Source: Kondoa subrosea
Taxonomy: Eukaryota
Assembly: GCA_039545335.1 (NCBI GenBank)
Contig: BCIN01000003.1
Location: forward strand, 1,747,941 to 1,811,940
Direction: 5' to 3'
DNA length: 64,000 bases
The notes beneath the pieces are model-generated. The model worked only from the letters and a program-made list of their open reading frames with translations. It ran no database searches and was not told where the DNA came from. Both the position numbers and the translations under genes were made by a program. Shown piece by piece: positions 13,971 through 26,650 of this stretch (position 1 is the first letter of the stretch; each line of letters begins with the position of its first letter).

Positions 13971-15479
13971 ATGGCTCCACGCCGGCGCAAGATCAAGCCT
14001 TCTAGACCTCGTCCTTCCTATGAAGTAACTGCACCAGCGAGCAATAAATCCATTCCGCTCGCGCAACGTCAAGTTTGGAAAGGCAATCTTCCATTGGAGT
14101 TGTGCCTGCAGATTATCGCCATGTGCGCTGAGAACAGCAATAAGAGTGTTGCTCCGCTATATGATGTCTTCAACGGCCAAGACGAACTATACGGCAATGC
14201 GCATGCTCATCATTCGCATCAATGCTTGAGTTTACCTCGAGTCCATCCTAGTTGGACTGAAGCTGGAACCAAAGCGCTATATGGCACTGTAAGACTAAAG
14301 GGAATTAAGGAATATCCTAAAGGGGATCAGCGAGATCGGATTGACATGTTGCTGGAGACCTTGACCGCAAGACCAGAATTGGGCGAACTCGTTAGGTGCT
14401 TGGATGTGAGTCTTGGACAAACAGAGGCAAACTCGCCTAAGCATCTCTCTACAGATCAGCAGAGGTAATGGAAAGTTTGCTAAGGGCTTGAGAGGCATTA
14501 ACAAAAAGGCATTGGACAAGTTGTGAGCTCATTCAAATCATTCAAAAGTCATACAACAGATCATTCACTGGTGGATCGTAGACTGGATTCTCTTCCAAAT
14601 CTTGCACACCTCGAGACGACTTGCCTGAAGCTGAAGGATACGGAAGCTTGGGGCGAAAAGCTATCTGAGGTGAACAGCAGACATGCGCTTCTAACTTTGG
14701 CCCTGGTCAACAACCAAGGCCGCTATCTTCCTACGATTCCTCAGACCTTGAATAGTTTGCAACGACTTTGGCTTTCCGGTTGCTGTCCGACCTCGTCGAC
14801 TCTACAACCTTTTTTCGGAAGGAACCTGCGTCGACTTGAATTGTCTTACCTTCAATTTTGGCCAGCTGAACTCCTTACCGCTGCCGAAGTTAACCAAATT
14901 TGCGATCAATCCCCTCTACTATCGGAGCTCTTCTGCGTTCAATTCGAAGTTCGTGGACTCTCTCCACGACCTGTAGAAGCATTCCTCGTGAACCTAATCA
15001 AATCTCTGTCGCCTCGACTCAGGAAATTACACATTGATGGTGGAGAGCACTACTATCCAGAATCGCCAGATTTCCGTCCCTTTCTTGCTGATTCTGAGCT
15101 AGAATTAGCTACAGAGAGTTGCATCAGCCTGCAGTCTCTATACTTGCGCCGTCTCGAATTCGATACTCGCAGACCTCTCTCAAACTTACCAAGAACGCAA
15201 GGTCGGGAAATACTCAAGGAACTTAAGATTGTCGAATGTTACATGACTGGTCGGTGCGATGATTACGGAACGGGTTGGCTCGATGCAGGCGTTGTTGGAC
15301 TCCCAGCTGTCGAATTTATAGAAATAGCTTGGCTTATTGATCATGAGGAGGAGTGCTCTTCAGAACGGTATGATCCCGAGAAGGAAGCAGAAGCGAAGCG
15401 CAAATACGTGAAGGAGATATACCGATACAACGGGAATTCGTCTGACGAAGAAGAGCTTCTTTCGCTGGACGAAGATTAG
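13971..15479 (+). CDS. F-box-like / leucine-rich-repeat protein
   Basis: NLPLELCLQII...RVHPSWTEAGTKALYGTV; downstream LxxLxL repeats (LQRLWLSG, LRRLELSY, LRKLHIDG, LKELKIVEC); junction near 14465-14520 uncertain. Confidence 0.65.
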
Positions 15480-15777
15480 TGAACTAGAATTAGCAAGGTG
15501 GTCAGTACTTCCTTTGGTCTTTCTTCTGCTCCAAAGCTGACGTGCGGTAGAAATATAGTTGGTCGTTCTCAACATCCTCGAGGAATTAGAGGTTTCATAG
15601 TATGATTTCCCTCAACTGTCTCATAGAATCGTTCAAAATGAGTCGGTGATGCCTATGTACTGCATGCGTCATGCACTTTGTATTGCTGCTGCGCTATGCG
15701 AACCAACTCCATTCTGCATGACATTGTTTACTTTTTGCAATTTGTGCTCTTCCTCAGTCAGCCATAACGCGTCTCAA

Positions 15778-18218
15778 ATGGAGGGCAGTAGGCGTCGGAC
15801 GGTAGCCAACTTTGATGGACCTTCAGCTATACCAGTTCCGCAATCTACGGCGCGCAAACAGCGTCCTTCCGAATATAATTTCGGGGCAGGACAGCAGCAA
15901 AGGCAGCCCAGTACAAATGCAGGAGGTGGAAGATACTCTATGGCTCCTTCAAGAGTCGTTTCACGTCAATCTATGGCTCCCTTCTCTTCTCAGCAATCTC
16001 AAGACCATCCACCTTTCTTTTCCTCACAACAGTCTTCTCAAGGTTCAGTAGCTGGTGTTTATTTGGGTGCTTCGTTGAACGTTCCTGCTACGGTTGGAAG
16101 ACAGAGTCATGCGTATGGTAGCAGCCAACTTGGCATGAGTGGTGCGAGAGGTGATGCCGGATTTCTGAAATCAAGTCAGCAGCAGAATGCTCCTTATGCT
16201 CCACCAAGGTATGACTCACTATTCCGATGCTCTAGCGAGCTGAATAGAACAATGGCCACACAGTATTCGAAGATCTTCAACCGGTCGAAGACAATCTAGC
16301 AACCCTTCTCATCCCCCTACACTTCAACACTTTGTCCAACCAGTCCGGATAGCCAAAGATCCCCGAAACGTTCGAGACAGAGCTTTCCTTGCACGATGTC
16401 AGAACGAAATACTCGATTTCCTCACAAGTCAAAATTACCCAGACAACCTTACTGCCAAAACTTTAGCTCAACCAACAGGCAAAGATTTCGCAAACATTTT
16501 CAAATTCATTTATACCCTCTTTGATCCGTCTCATAAAACTTGGGGCAAAAAATTCGAAGAAGACGTTTCGCTTTGCCTGAAAGCTTCTGGTTATCCTTTT
16601 GCAGAATCAATCAGTCGCAGTCATTTACAAGCTGTAGGGAATATGCACAGCTGGCCTGGAATAGTAGCAATGTTACATTGGCTCGTAACGAGCATCAAGG
16701 TAAACTTCGCAGCTCTAGCATGGATCAGTCTTCATTCTGATACTTCTTCCAGGCTCGAGGTCAAATCATCGATGGCTACGACGAAGTTCGGATTGATGTC
16801 AGTGCTCCATCAACCCAAGCAGAAGATTTTGAGCGACCTCAAGCCAAAACTGAATATTGGGCGGAGTACCTTGCCGGCTTATATCCTGCTTTTTTGGCTT
16901 CGGAAGATTATGATGCTACTCCTTATGCTGAAAGATTGGATGAGCGCTTCGAAGCTGCTAATGAAAGGAGCAGAGCAAAGATTGCCTTTTTACAAGAAGA
17001 ATGTGAGAAATTGCAAGCGGAAAAGACACGGCTGGAAGATATGCCGGTATGCTCTTCTTAATAGGATTAAAAGATGGTGCTCATTTAGTGTGATAGTCCG
17101 ATTTGCAAGTCAAGCAGAAAGAGCAAAAGTTCTGTCAGAAAGACATGGAAGCCATCAATAAATATGTGTCAAGCTTACAGGACAAGTCTTCGAGGATAGA
17201 GAAGCAGATCGAAGAGTTCAAGAAACGGATAGCGGAATTTGGTGAGTTGGATGTCCCTTACAGCTTTGGCATTGCGCTGATCACGGACATAGAACAAATA
17301 CAAATTGATCGAGAAACGGAGAGGGCGACTCTGAAGAACCAAGTAGATGCTCAAGGCTTGACTGATCACGAGATCCAGAAGCTCACTTCGGATCGCCATC
17401 AACTGGATGAAGCTCATCGACTCACTTCTGCTAAACTTTCAGAAACTATGCAAAACACTTTAGATCTTGAAGTGTCCCTTTCACGCAATTTTAATCGAGT
17501 GGAAAAGCTAGCAGAACATTACCATGCTTTAGCGACAAAACTTGGTCTTCTGCCAACGGGACCGGAAGGGTATGAAGATATCAATTTTGCTCAAGAGCTC
17601 AATGGCAGCGCTTCTATACCCACAAATATCGTACCAGACTGCATGACTCGTATCAGACCCGCAGTGGCTCAAATGAAACAAAGTGCTGCTCGCGGTAGAC
17701 ATGAGAACGGCAACAAGATCATTCATGTTGAAGAAGAGCTGCAACGGATTTTGGAACGCTTGCAAGATGTAGGAGAGACTGTAGAGGAAGCGGAAGGCAG
17801 GCATGAGGTATTGACAAAAGAAGTCAATCAGAGCAAAGAGGCAAGTCTCATTTGGCCGGTATGGTCACCTATGCTGAGTCTGTCCCAAAGGCTCTCAATC
17901 AATACATGGCTACCGCGAATGCATCGATTGAACAGATGTCAAGGCAGATTACAGAACTACGCAACCACATGTCGGGTGGTCTGCTCGCTGCAGATCAGCG
18001 CTTGCAAGGACTCGATAACGAGTAAGCTCTTCTTCCAATCATATTCTTCTTGTAAATGACCTGACCTCTTCAACAGACATGCCCGCTTATTAGCTGATGT
18101 GGACCGGCTACGGCTGGAAAACCATGAAGCCTTTGCTGAACAACTAGAGGCAATCATTTCCTATAAACAATACATCACAAGTCGGCTAGAAGAACTGCTG
18201 GGTGCTGCGCAGTCATAG
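15778..18218 (+). CDS. NDC80: Kinetochore protein Ndc80/Hec1
   Basis: KDPRNVRDRAF, PTGKDFANIFKFIY, KFEEDV...GYPFAESISRSHLQAVG...WPGIVAMLHWLV, long coiled coil. Confidence 0.93.
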
Positions 18219-18286
18219 ATAGTAGAAATTGAAGGGTTCAATATGTAATTCGTTCGGGTTTGATCTTGGGAAGTTGGTAATTGTAT

Positions 18287-21200
18287 TCAATATTGAAGAG
18301 CTAGTACTGCTGTATTTGACTTGTCTGCTATCACTCTGCGTAGAGCTCGTCGTTCTCGAAAGACTTTCGTATTGTTGGCGAGACCCTGGCGAAGCATGCG
18401 CAAGATATGTAAGAAATGAGTCCGCTTTCGTCGCAAGATGAGTTGGAATGCTTTGTAGCCGAGCCTGAGATCATTCATTGTGAATAAGCAGCAAAAACAA
18501 GCAGAGTATGACTGACCAGAAAATAGTAAAGCGAGGTATACCCTGCTGCACTCCACGCATATATTTGTATGTCAGGTCTATAATTTCTTGCACGACAGCT
18601 GGGATGGACTTCAGCACTCGCGTTCTATAAAGATATTTAACTTACTCTTAAAGAATATCTGCGATCGATGGACATCAGGCTTCCAAATTTTGGTATAGGC
18701 GACGAATCGCATCGCAGTGAGAAGAAGGTTCTGATATGCATTCAACAAGACCACGTGTCGCGAGTTGAAGCTGACATCGCTGAATATAACATGACTTCTC
18801 ACTTTGGCATATTGATGCATCTTGAGGCGAAAGTGTTTTCCAGGTGAGTCACTCCGCTGGATAGAGACAGTTTCTGATACAGGTAAATTTGTTTGACGGA
18901 GATAGTCTACTTGAATGTTCAGGGTGTGTTGATTGATCAGTAGGCCGCAGTAGGGAATGCCTTTAGGTAGTCAGTCTCAGATCTCAGATAGGAACTGCTA
19001 CTCACTTTGATCTGCCGCACAAATTTGCTCGCGAGCAAGGCCATTGGCCGAAAAATTCGTCAGTGTCTTCGCCTTTGCTATTTGACACCCGTATTCAGGG
19101 TGACCTGGTGAATAATCAATCAATGAAGGTGTACGGTGTGTAGGTGGGACTCACCTCTGCTCATACTCTCCAGAAATCTAATGGCTGCGCGCTGATCCGT
19201 AGTAATGTAGAGAAAGTCGTCAACTTGCCGCATGAGAAGCTATGATCGATTTAACTTCTTTCAAGTACAAGCTGGAGCAAGGCACTTACGCTATCCTCCC
19301 TCGTTGCGAAAGACAATTTGCATCGTTCCATTTCCGCATAAAAGAAACTGTAAGGAATCAGAGAGCGAATCGCTCTGCGAGGGCGCGAACTTACTTGCAA
19401 AGTAAAGTCGAAAGACAGGACCCTTGAGGAATACCGTTCGTCTGCCGATAAAGCATTTGGCCAATCTGTACAAATGAGTATATGTTTGCCATCCTATATC
19501 GATACGAGTCGAGCTCACTTTGACTATATTGTCGGACACATGCTCATGCAACAAGGTCATAATGTCTTCTTGCTCCAATTCTTCATGTCGAACATGATCA
19601 GCAAAGACAGTATGTGACAATTTTTCGCAGAGCCTTTGTGCAAGTTCAAAGAAGATGCCACGCTCGTCTGTAGACACAGTGGGAACGAGATTGAGAACGA
19701 GAGACTAGGCATACCTACAAGCAGGAACGGCTTTGTCTTGTCTCCTAGACCAGACTTTGCCCGTCGAAGCTTTTGCTGTGAAATATCGCAAGACGGAATA
19801 CTGATCTTGCGAGACGATGTTTTGCAGCAGATCTAGCATTTTCTTCTGGTCGATAGTGTCGAAGCATGACTGGACGTCCACTTTCACAAAGTATAGAGCA
19901 CTGCTCTCTCTTAAATCATCAGAAAGAACGAATGTGTATTGTTGTCGCTTACGAATGTCTCTTGACCTTAAGCTTGAACGCCTTCAGGTTTGAGTAGATG
20001 TCAGGCCAGCCTGAGGAAGATGCACCCATAATATCTGGATTTTCTGCCTGGACAAAGCGATCAAAGTCGGACAACCGCTGTGTTATTGCGAGCGAACCGC
20101 TTCATATTTCAGAAGTGCAAAGGTATCCTTTAAGATATCATTGATTGATCGCTTTCCGTCTTTCTCGCGCGGCGCCTGTGTAATTTATTCAGCTTGGAAT
20201 GGCGAGAAAGCTAATTGGGCTAACATCAATCATCTTCTTCGCCAGATTGACAATAGGCCGCACACCGGTATCTTTAGGCATCAAGCGAACAGTAGAAAAG
20301 CCCAGAGTTCGATTGTGTAATATGTCTGCGCTCCTCTGCTGCCCGAAATCAGCACAATGACAAAGCAACAGGCCAAACGCTGACTCCTTGTAATGGGGTA
20401 AACGTCCGTTTGGCTAGGTCTTCCACTAGAGGACCGCACAGGACTCGCCAGTCATCTCGACGGAAGTAAAGACATCTCTGCCCTAGTGCAGTCGTCTCGG
20501 TAATGTAAAAGCTTGTCTGCAGATACTCTTGAGGGCTGACTGATAAAAGAATCATGCGAAAGTCTCACCTTCAATAGGTCAAAAAGCCAGTCTTGTATAA
20601 ACCAATAGAGAAACTCCAAGAAGGTTTGCGTCCGCGCTTTAGCTTCTACCTGAGGGATTCTAGAGGTGACCGAAGTTTTGCCATGTAACCAGGTAACCTC
20701 GCTGATGCGAAACTTTTGAGCAGCAGTATGTAGAGAAATAGTCTCGAAACGCTTGAAGCGAATTATTTCGTTGCAAAGAGATGTGGCTGTATCGAGATTG
20801 TATTGCGATCCCCAAATCTCGATTGGAAAGCAATTTACTACTGCTCGTGAGACAAACAGCCCAACCTCGCCATGCGAGATAGCAAATTCAGCGAAACGAG
20901 GTTTGGGAACTTCAGTGCGCTTGGGTGGTAAAAGTGTTGGCCGACCCGGTGCAAGAAAGCTGAAGTTGATTGAAACAGAAGGAGCATAACGATCAATCGG
21001 ACGAAGCATTTGAGGTTCAGCAGTGATAAGCTCCTAGAAGAACTGTGCTGAATATTTTCCAAAACAAGAGGAGAAAAAGCATACTCGCAGCGCAGCCTTT
21101 TCTTCTGGGTCGAGTTCTGTGTGTTTGAGCTAAAATGTCGCTCAGCGATTTCCTTTGAGAACGCTTCTCAGACTTACGCGAGAAGGGCAGGAAATGTTCA

Positions 21201-22620
21201 AGGCTCGCTTATAATCGTATACATGGTGCATACGACACATTGCGCCAACTAGTTTCTTGGGTTGTCCAGTCAATCGTTTGGGAGTTTTGGCCAGACCTAG
21301 CTCCTGAAGCATTCGATTAGTTACCTATACTCTTCCAAGCAGCACGACTGGACCAACCTTGATCTCTGCTTCTTTGTCCTGAACAGCAACAGGTTTTCCA
21401 AACGCCTTAGGTTTCGGAAGATTAAAAGCACTTGGTAAGCCGAAGGACCGCGGAAAGATATATTTGAGCAAGTGTCTTTCTTGTGCAGGCTGATCGGATA
21501 CCAATTTGAGAGTCGGGAGTTTGTTGAAGATGTCTTCACGTCTCGTTTCAGTCCACCTTGGATGGCTTACTCAATACACAGACTTACGATGCGGTGAAAG
21601 TCCTACTGCGCATTCTTTCGTTGCTCGAGTATAGGTAGAACCAGCATGAAGGATTTTAGCATGACCGAACATCATTTCATTTGGCTTCAATCTTACACAC
21701 ACAAAAATCAGCCTGAATCTTTGAGAACAATGTAAGAGGTCTTACTCCGCTGATTTGGCAATCTTCTGACGCTTCGCAATAGGCACTGAAACGGCGGAGG
21801 ACGGGGCTCGCTTCAGAGGTCGCCTATTGTTCAACCCTAGAGGTGTAGAAGACCGAGACCCTGTAGGAGGCGTATCTCCAGCTTGCCTAGATGTAGTACT
21901 GATGGGTCTGAGTCGCTGCTCGACGGGAAGAGCTGAAGTCTTGCTTGTTTGAGCGGAGGCAAGCTTGCTCCAAGAGAGATCACTGAACTTGATACCGCAA
22001 AGTTGCATGTAGCAGTCATTCTTGAGAGGTAGAAAAATGCTCGTCTCGGAAAGCAGCGAAACCATGGCTGTCGAGCCAATTCTAGCACAGGATCTTCAGT
22101 CTCGTACGCGAGAACATGACTACAAATTCACCGCGAAAGAAGGGTTTGCCATTCAGCCGAAGTTTGGATCAGCGTCACCTGAGTATTGGTATAAAGGTTG
22201 AATATCCGTTCGCCATTGTGTTCAGCTTTCGAATGGGTCCAAGAAGGATCCTAATCATTTCTTTTGAGCATTTGTCAAGCTTGCTGAAGCCTTTCCCATC
22301 ACCTTGTAGCCTAGAATAAGGATATTCGAACGACTGCCAGATGCTTTCGGGCGGAACAAGATCGTTTGCAGCGCTGTAGCGACTACTGCAGCTATTTCTT
22401 CTGTCGATTCTACGGTCGAGGCAGATACAGGAGTACAGGCAGCATCTTGAGAACCGACAAGAGCTCCAGTCAAAAGTTCACCATATGATGCAGAGTCTGA
22501 TTCGCGCAAGAGTGCATTAGAAGAGGGGAAGATCATTCGAGTAGCAAGATGGCCTTGCAGAGTATCTAGGGTAGCATAGTGTTGCTTCAATAGACGCGTT
22601 ACAGGTGTCTTGGGCACCAT
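18287..22620 (-). CDS. TERT: Telomerase reverse transcriptase
   Basis: TEN/GQ (CYMQLCG), YIFPRSFGL, CP (ALNISCP), T-motif FYITE...YFRRDDW, motifs 1/2 VRLMPKDTGVRPIVNL, A YFVKVDVQSCFDTI, B' QTNGIPQGS, C RQVDDFLYIT, D GHPEYG, E PYCGLLI. Confidence 0.96.
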
Positions 22621-22897
22621 TGTTATGTTGTCTCGAGAAAGCGAGCAGGATATCTCATGATCGAGCTAGCAACGGCTGAGAGGTGTGCTCAGCTCGATTG
22701 GCAGGGATCTCGTGAAAATATAGTAGGTTGGACGCTTATGCCAGAGATTTGTTCATCTACTCGAAGGAGGATAATCTTTGGAACAGAGCTAGGTCACAGG
22801 ACACTGAAAACGACCAGCGAAAGGAGACTTGAATTGTCTCAAAGAAAGCATTCCGAATAAGAATCTTTGCATTCCGCTCAATGACTGTATCAATACT

Positions 22898-25104
22898 TTA
22901 CAAGCTAGCCTGGACCTGAGCTTGCTGCTGATCGGCCAAACTAGGTCTACCTTCCCAAACACTAGCGTCACCCAATCGAGCAGGAGCGCTGTTGTCTAAC
23001 AAACCAAGTTGAGCTGAAGTCCAAAGTTGTTTGACTGGAACAGAACCAGGCATGCCTACTCCTGCTCTTCCACCAACAGCTTCCCATTCGGGTGTCTTGC
23101 GAAGCTCAAGTTCAGTCCAGACATCTTCAATGGCTTCGATCAATTCGGCTTGCTGTTGAATTGTGTGGCCTGGAGTAGGAGTGATGCGAAGACGTTCTTC
23201 ACCACGAGGGACAGTAGGGAAGTTGATACTGTCAATGGACATTCCAAACATAAGCAACAGAAATTGCGAGTAAGGTCATTACTGACCTTTGGACGTAGAT
23301 GCGATGCTTAGACAATAGCAAATCACTTGCTGCCTTTGCTTTTTCGGCGTCACCAACGAGAATAGGGCAGATATGAGATGGGTTAGGAATGACAGGGATA
23401 CCGCGACCAGTCAACTCGTTCTTGAGCGCGATGGAATTGAGCTGTTGCAATCGGCGGTCGCCCATGTAATCTTTCTGATATTGGATCGAAGCACGAGCAC
23501 CAGCGACGACTGCAGGAGGCAGTGAGGTAGTGAAAATGAATCCAGGTCTGCAAAATTAATCAGCATACATGAGCAAAATGCGCAACAGCGAAAAACTTAC
23601 GCATATGAACGGATAGCATCAATAAGATCAGTAGAACCAGCAACATATCCACCAACAACACCATAAGCCTTTCCAAGAGTACCAGTGATCATATCAACCC
23701 GATCCATGATTGTTCCTTTGCCTGAAGCACCAGAAGCATGGGCTTCGAAATCAAGATGTTCAGCAACACCAGCACCGGTCGGTCCATACATGCCAACAGC
23801 ATGAACTTCATCATTGAAAGTGATGGCACCATATTTCTCGGCCAAATCGACAATGCCTTCAATCGGACCAATAGAACCGCACATGCTGTAAACAGACTCA
23901 AAGGCGATAAGTTTGGGAGTTTCAAGAGGGACAGATTGCAGCTTGGCTTCCAAGTCTGCAAGATCGTTGTGCTTGAAGATAATCTTGCGAGCTTTAGAGT
24001 GTTGAATGCCTTGAATCATTGAAGCGTGATTCAAGCTGTCTGAAAAGATAACGCAGCCAGGTAATTTGGATCCCAAAGTGGCCACTGTGCATAGAAACTA
24101 CCTTAGATCATAATCTATCGAAAGGAAGGTCTCGAACGCACAAGTAGCATCATTCGCGACGTAGCAACTGCTGAAGACCAGAGCTGCCGGTTTCTTGTGA
24201 AGCTGAGCTAGTTCTTCTTCCAGAGCTAAGTGTAAAGCACCATTGCCTGCTATGTTTCTTGTTCCACCAGCACCGGCGCCATAAGTATCGAGAGTTTGTC
24301 TACAAGTCGTCATGAGCGAAAATAATTGTCACAAAGAAACGAAGACGTACTTCATGGTATCCAGAACGACTGGATTGCGACCCATGCCCAGATAATCGTT
24401 TGCGCACCAGACTGTGACTTCTTCATTCATTTTACCAGTATGAGCGACTGGAAACTTTGCAGCTAGTCGATTGATGTTATTGAAGTATCTGTGAGATTGA
24501 TTCCGGAGAGCTAAGAGACGAGATATCTCATGATTCATCATCACTCACCTGTAAGACTTATCACGATGCTTTTTCTCCAATTCCTCATTGTAGAAGCTCG
24601 CATAATCAAATCGGCCTTTCTTGACATGAAGCGAAGGGATATGAGGTCTCTGTTCAGCTACAGTACCACCAGTAGTAGGAAGAGTGCCATCTTCAGCAGC
24701 ATTAGCGAAAGCTTGAGCTCTTTGAGAAGCGGCTTTGGCAGCTGAAGCATGCGGGCAACGGTCTTCTCCACCACCTCTTCCTGCGACTACTCCTTCTTTA
24801 CGATGAATCTCATCGATAGAGGATCGGTCTGCTACAGCAGCATAACCACGCTGCTGATGTTTGGGCAGTTGTTTGATTTCAGCTTCACGTTGAGCGATGG
24901 CAGGACCGAGGACCGGACATCCGTTGGCTTGTAGACGCAATCGATTATCGACGGAGTAAGTACGTAGTGCAGCTGAAGAGGTTCGCTGCAAGAAAGGGCA
25001 GGCCTTTTTATAAGCTGCAAATAGAGTTGCATAAGATTTCATTCCATCTGTCTTTGCAGGACGCTCTGCTCACCTCTGAGGCTAGAGGGCGTCAATGAAG
25101 CCAT
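22898..25104 (-). CDS. HEM1: 5-aminolevulinate synthase, mitochondrial
   Basis: [72 protein letters not shown]; first exon [10 protein letters not shown] spliced to AYKKACPF. Confidence 0.96.
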
Positions 25105-25202
25105 GTATGTCTTTGCTATCAGGTATTGGTATAAGAAAGTCGAGGTTGTGGAGGTAAAGGTCAAGAGCGAATCGATTCAATAGAATTGCCGATGCGGCGA
25201 CC

Positions 25203-26256
25203 TCACAAATGTTTGTCTATTTGATCAAAGCTAGTGAAGACTTCCGTCAGACCCTTATCCTCCTGACTCAGCGCCGCATTTCCAGGTCGATCGAGCAAGA
25301 AACTCTTCATTCCCGCTTGTAAAGCAGCTTTTGTTTCTGTAAATTGCCTCATCACAGACTGTCCTGTGTAGGGCGCAGTAACGTACCTTTTGGGTTGTCA
25401 GTGAGGAAAAGAATAGAAGAAGCTGGTTGGCCAATATCTTCAGCTATTTTAGTGTAGCTGGCAGTTTCCGTTTTCAATCCAACATTGGTGTCAAAGTATC
25501 CGCTCAGATACTACAGATTGTCAGAAGCATTCTGTAAAGATGATTGAGCATACCTTTGTCAGATCACCTTTATCGGAATAGCCAAAGATAAGTTTTTGAG
25601 CTGATACAGAGCCAGAAGAGTAGATGTAGATTATCAGTGAAGCAGAAGTCCACCTCGTCATAGCTTCTTCCACATCAGGGTACACGCTACTATATATGAG
25701 CAACGAAAGCATGACCTAGTGAGAAGGACCTACGTTCCCTGCAGTTCACCAGACTCGTAGCCTTTCTGCCAGATCAGACCTATGACCAGCTTTTCAGCCT
25801 TGCGATACCAACATAATAACCCAACGGACCTTGCAGCTTCTTCAGCCCAGTCAATTTCCGATCCCTTTTCATAGCTTGTCGAACATTCTCCAACACAGCT
25901 TGCACAATCGTTTCCCTGCTTCCTTCAACAGGTACGGCTACTGCTCCTTGTGAATCATTCGACTGTAAATCTAGTTGTGCTTGATCTCGAATCAAGGCTA
26001 TACATTCTGAACAGGCTTCGTAGTTCTCCAGAAGATAAGATTCGGCATTTTTGGCAGCGAAAGGGAACTGAAGCAGGAATAAGGAACAAGATGATAGGAT
26101 AGTAGAAATGAAAGGCCAACTAGGATATCATGCACGAACGAAATGCTCGTTGTGGTCCCTTCTATCTGAATCGGAACCAGAAATCTCAGAGTTGAAGTCA
26201 AGCAAAAGCACAGCGCCATAGGAACGCACGTCGAGCAGAATAGTAGATATAGACAT
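25203..26256 (-). CDS. UTR4: Enolase-phosphatase E1 (methionine salvage, HAD family)
   Basis: Spliced: [80 protein letters not shown]. Confidence 0.92.
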
Positions 26257-26650
26257 CTCTCGTCGATGTGCTGCGATGCCAAGGCAGGAAATCTTATGCT
26301 GTTGTTTGAGCACAACACTGCTAAAATGGTCATGCAATGAATTATCTGAAACCTCTGTAATCCTGCTATTGCTTCGATCCCATCAACTCTTCGCCGCTTT
26401 GAGAAGCTGCAAGTTCATAGAAGGCTGAATCGAGGTTGCGAAGCAAGACGGAGGCGAATCGAAGTCGATAGCTTGGCCCCTCATGAAATACCAGAATGCA
26501 ACTATGGCCGATTGTTCGAGAAGGTCAGCGATAGAAACTGGCATTATCAGAACAAAACTCACGACAATGACTGCATCGCAGTGGGAACGCACACCCAGCC
26601 AACGCAGACATATGATCTGACCCTCTGTTCTCGTCCTTTTTGCTGACTTC

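Noticed and set aside
18900..20330. RT motifs as a retrotransposon or Penelope-like element
   Set aside because: TEN, CP and T motifs, many introns, and no LTR, gag or endonuclease identify it as TERT
25039..25104. Apparent uORF whose stop overlaps the ORF-track HEM1 start (ATGA)
   Set aside because: Better explained as the true first exon, joined by a 59-nt GTGAGC..TTGCAG intron
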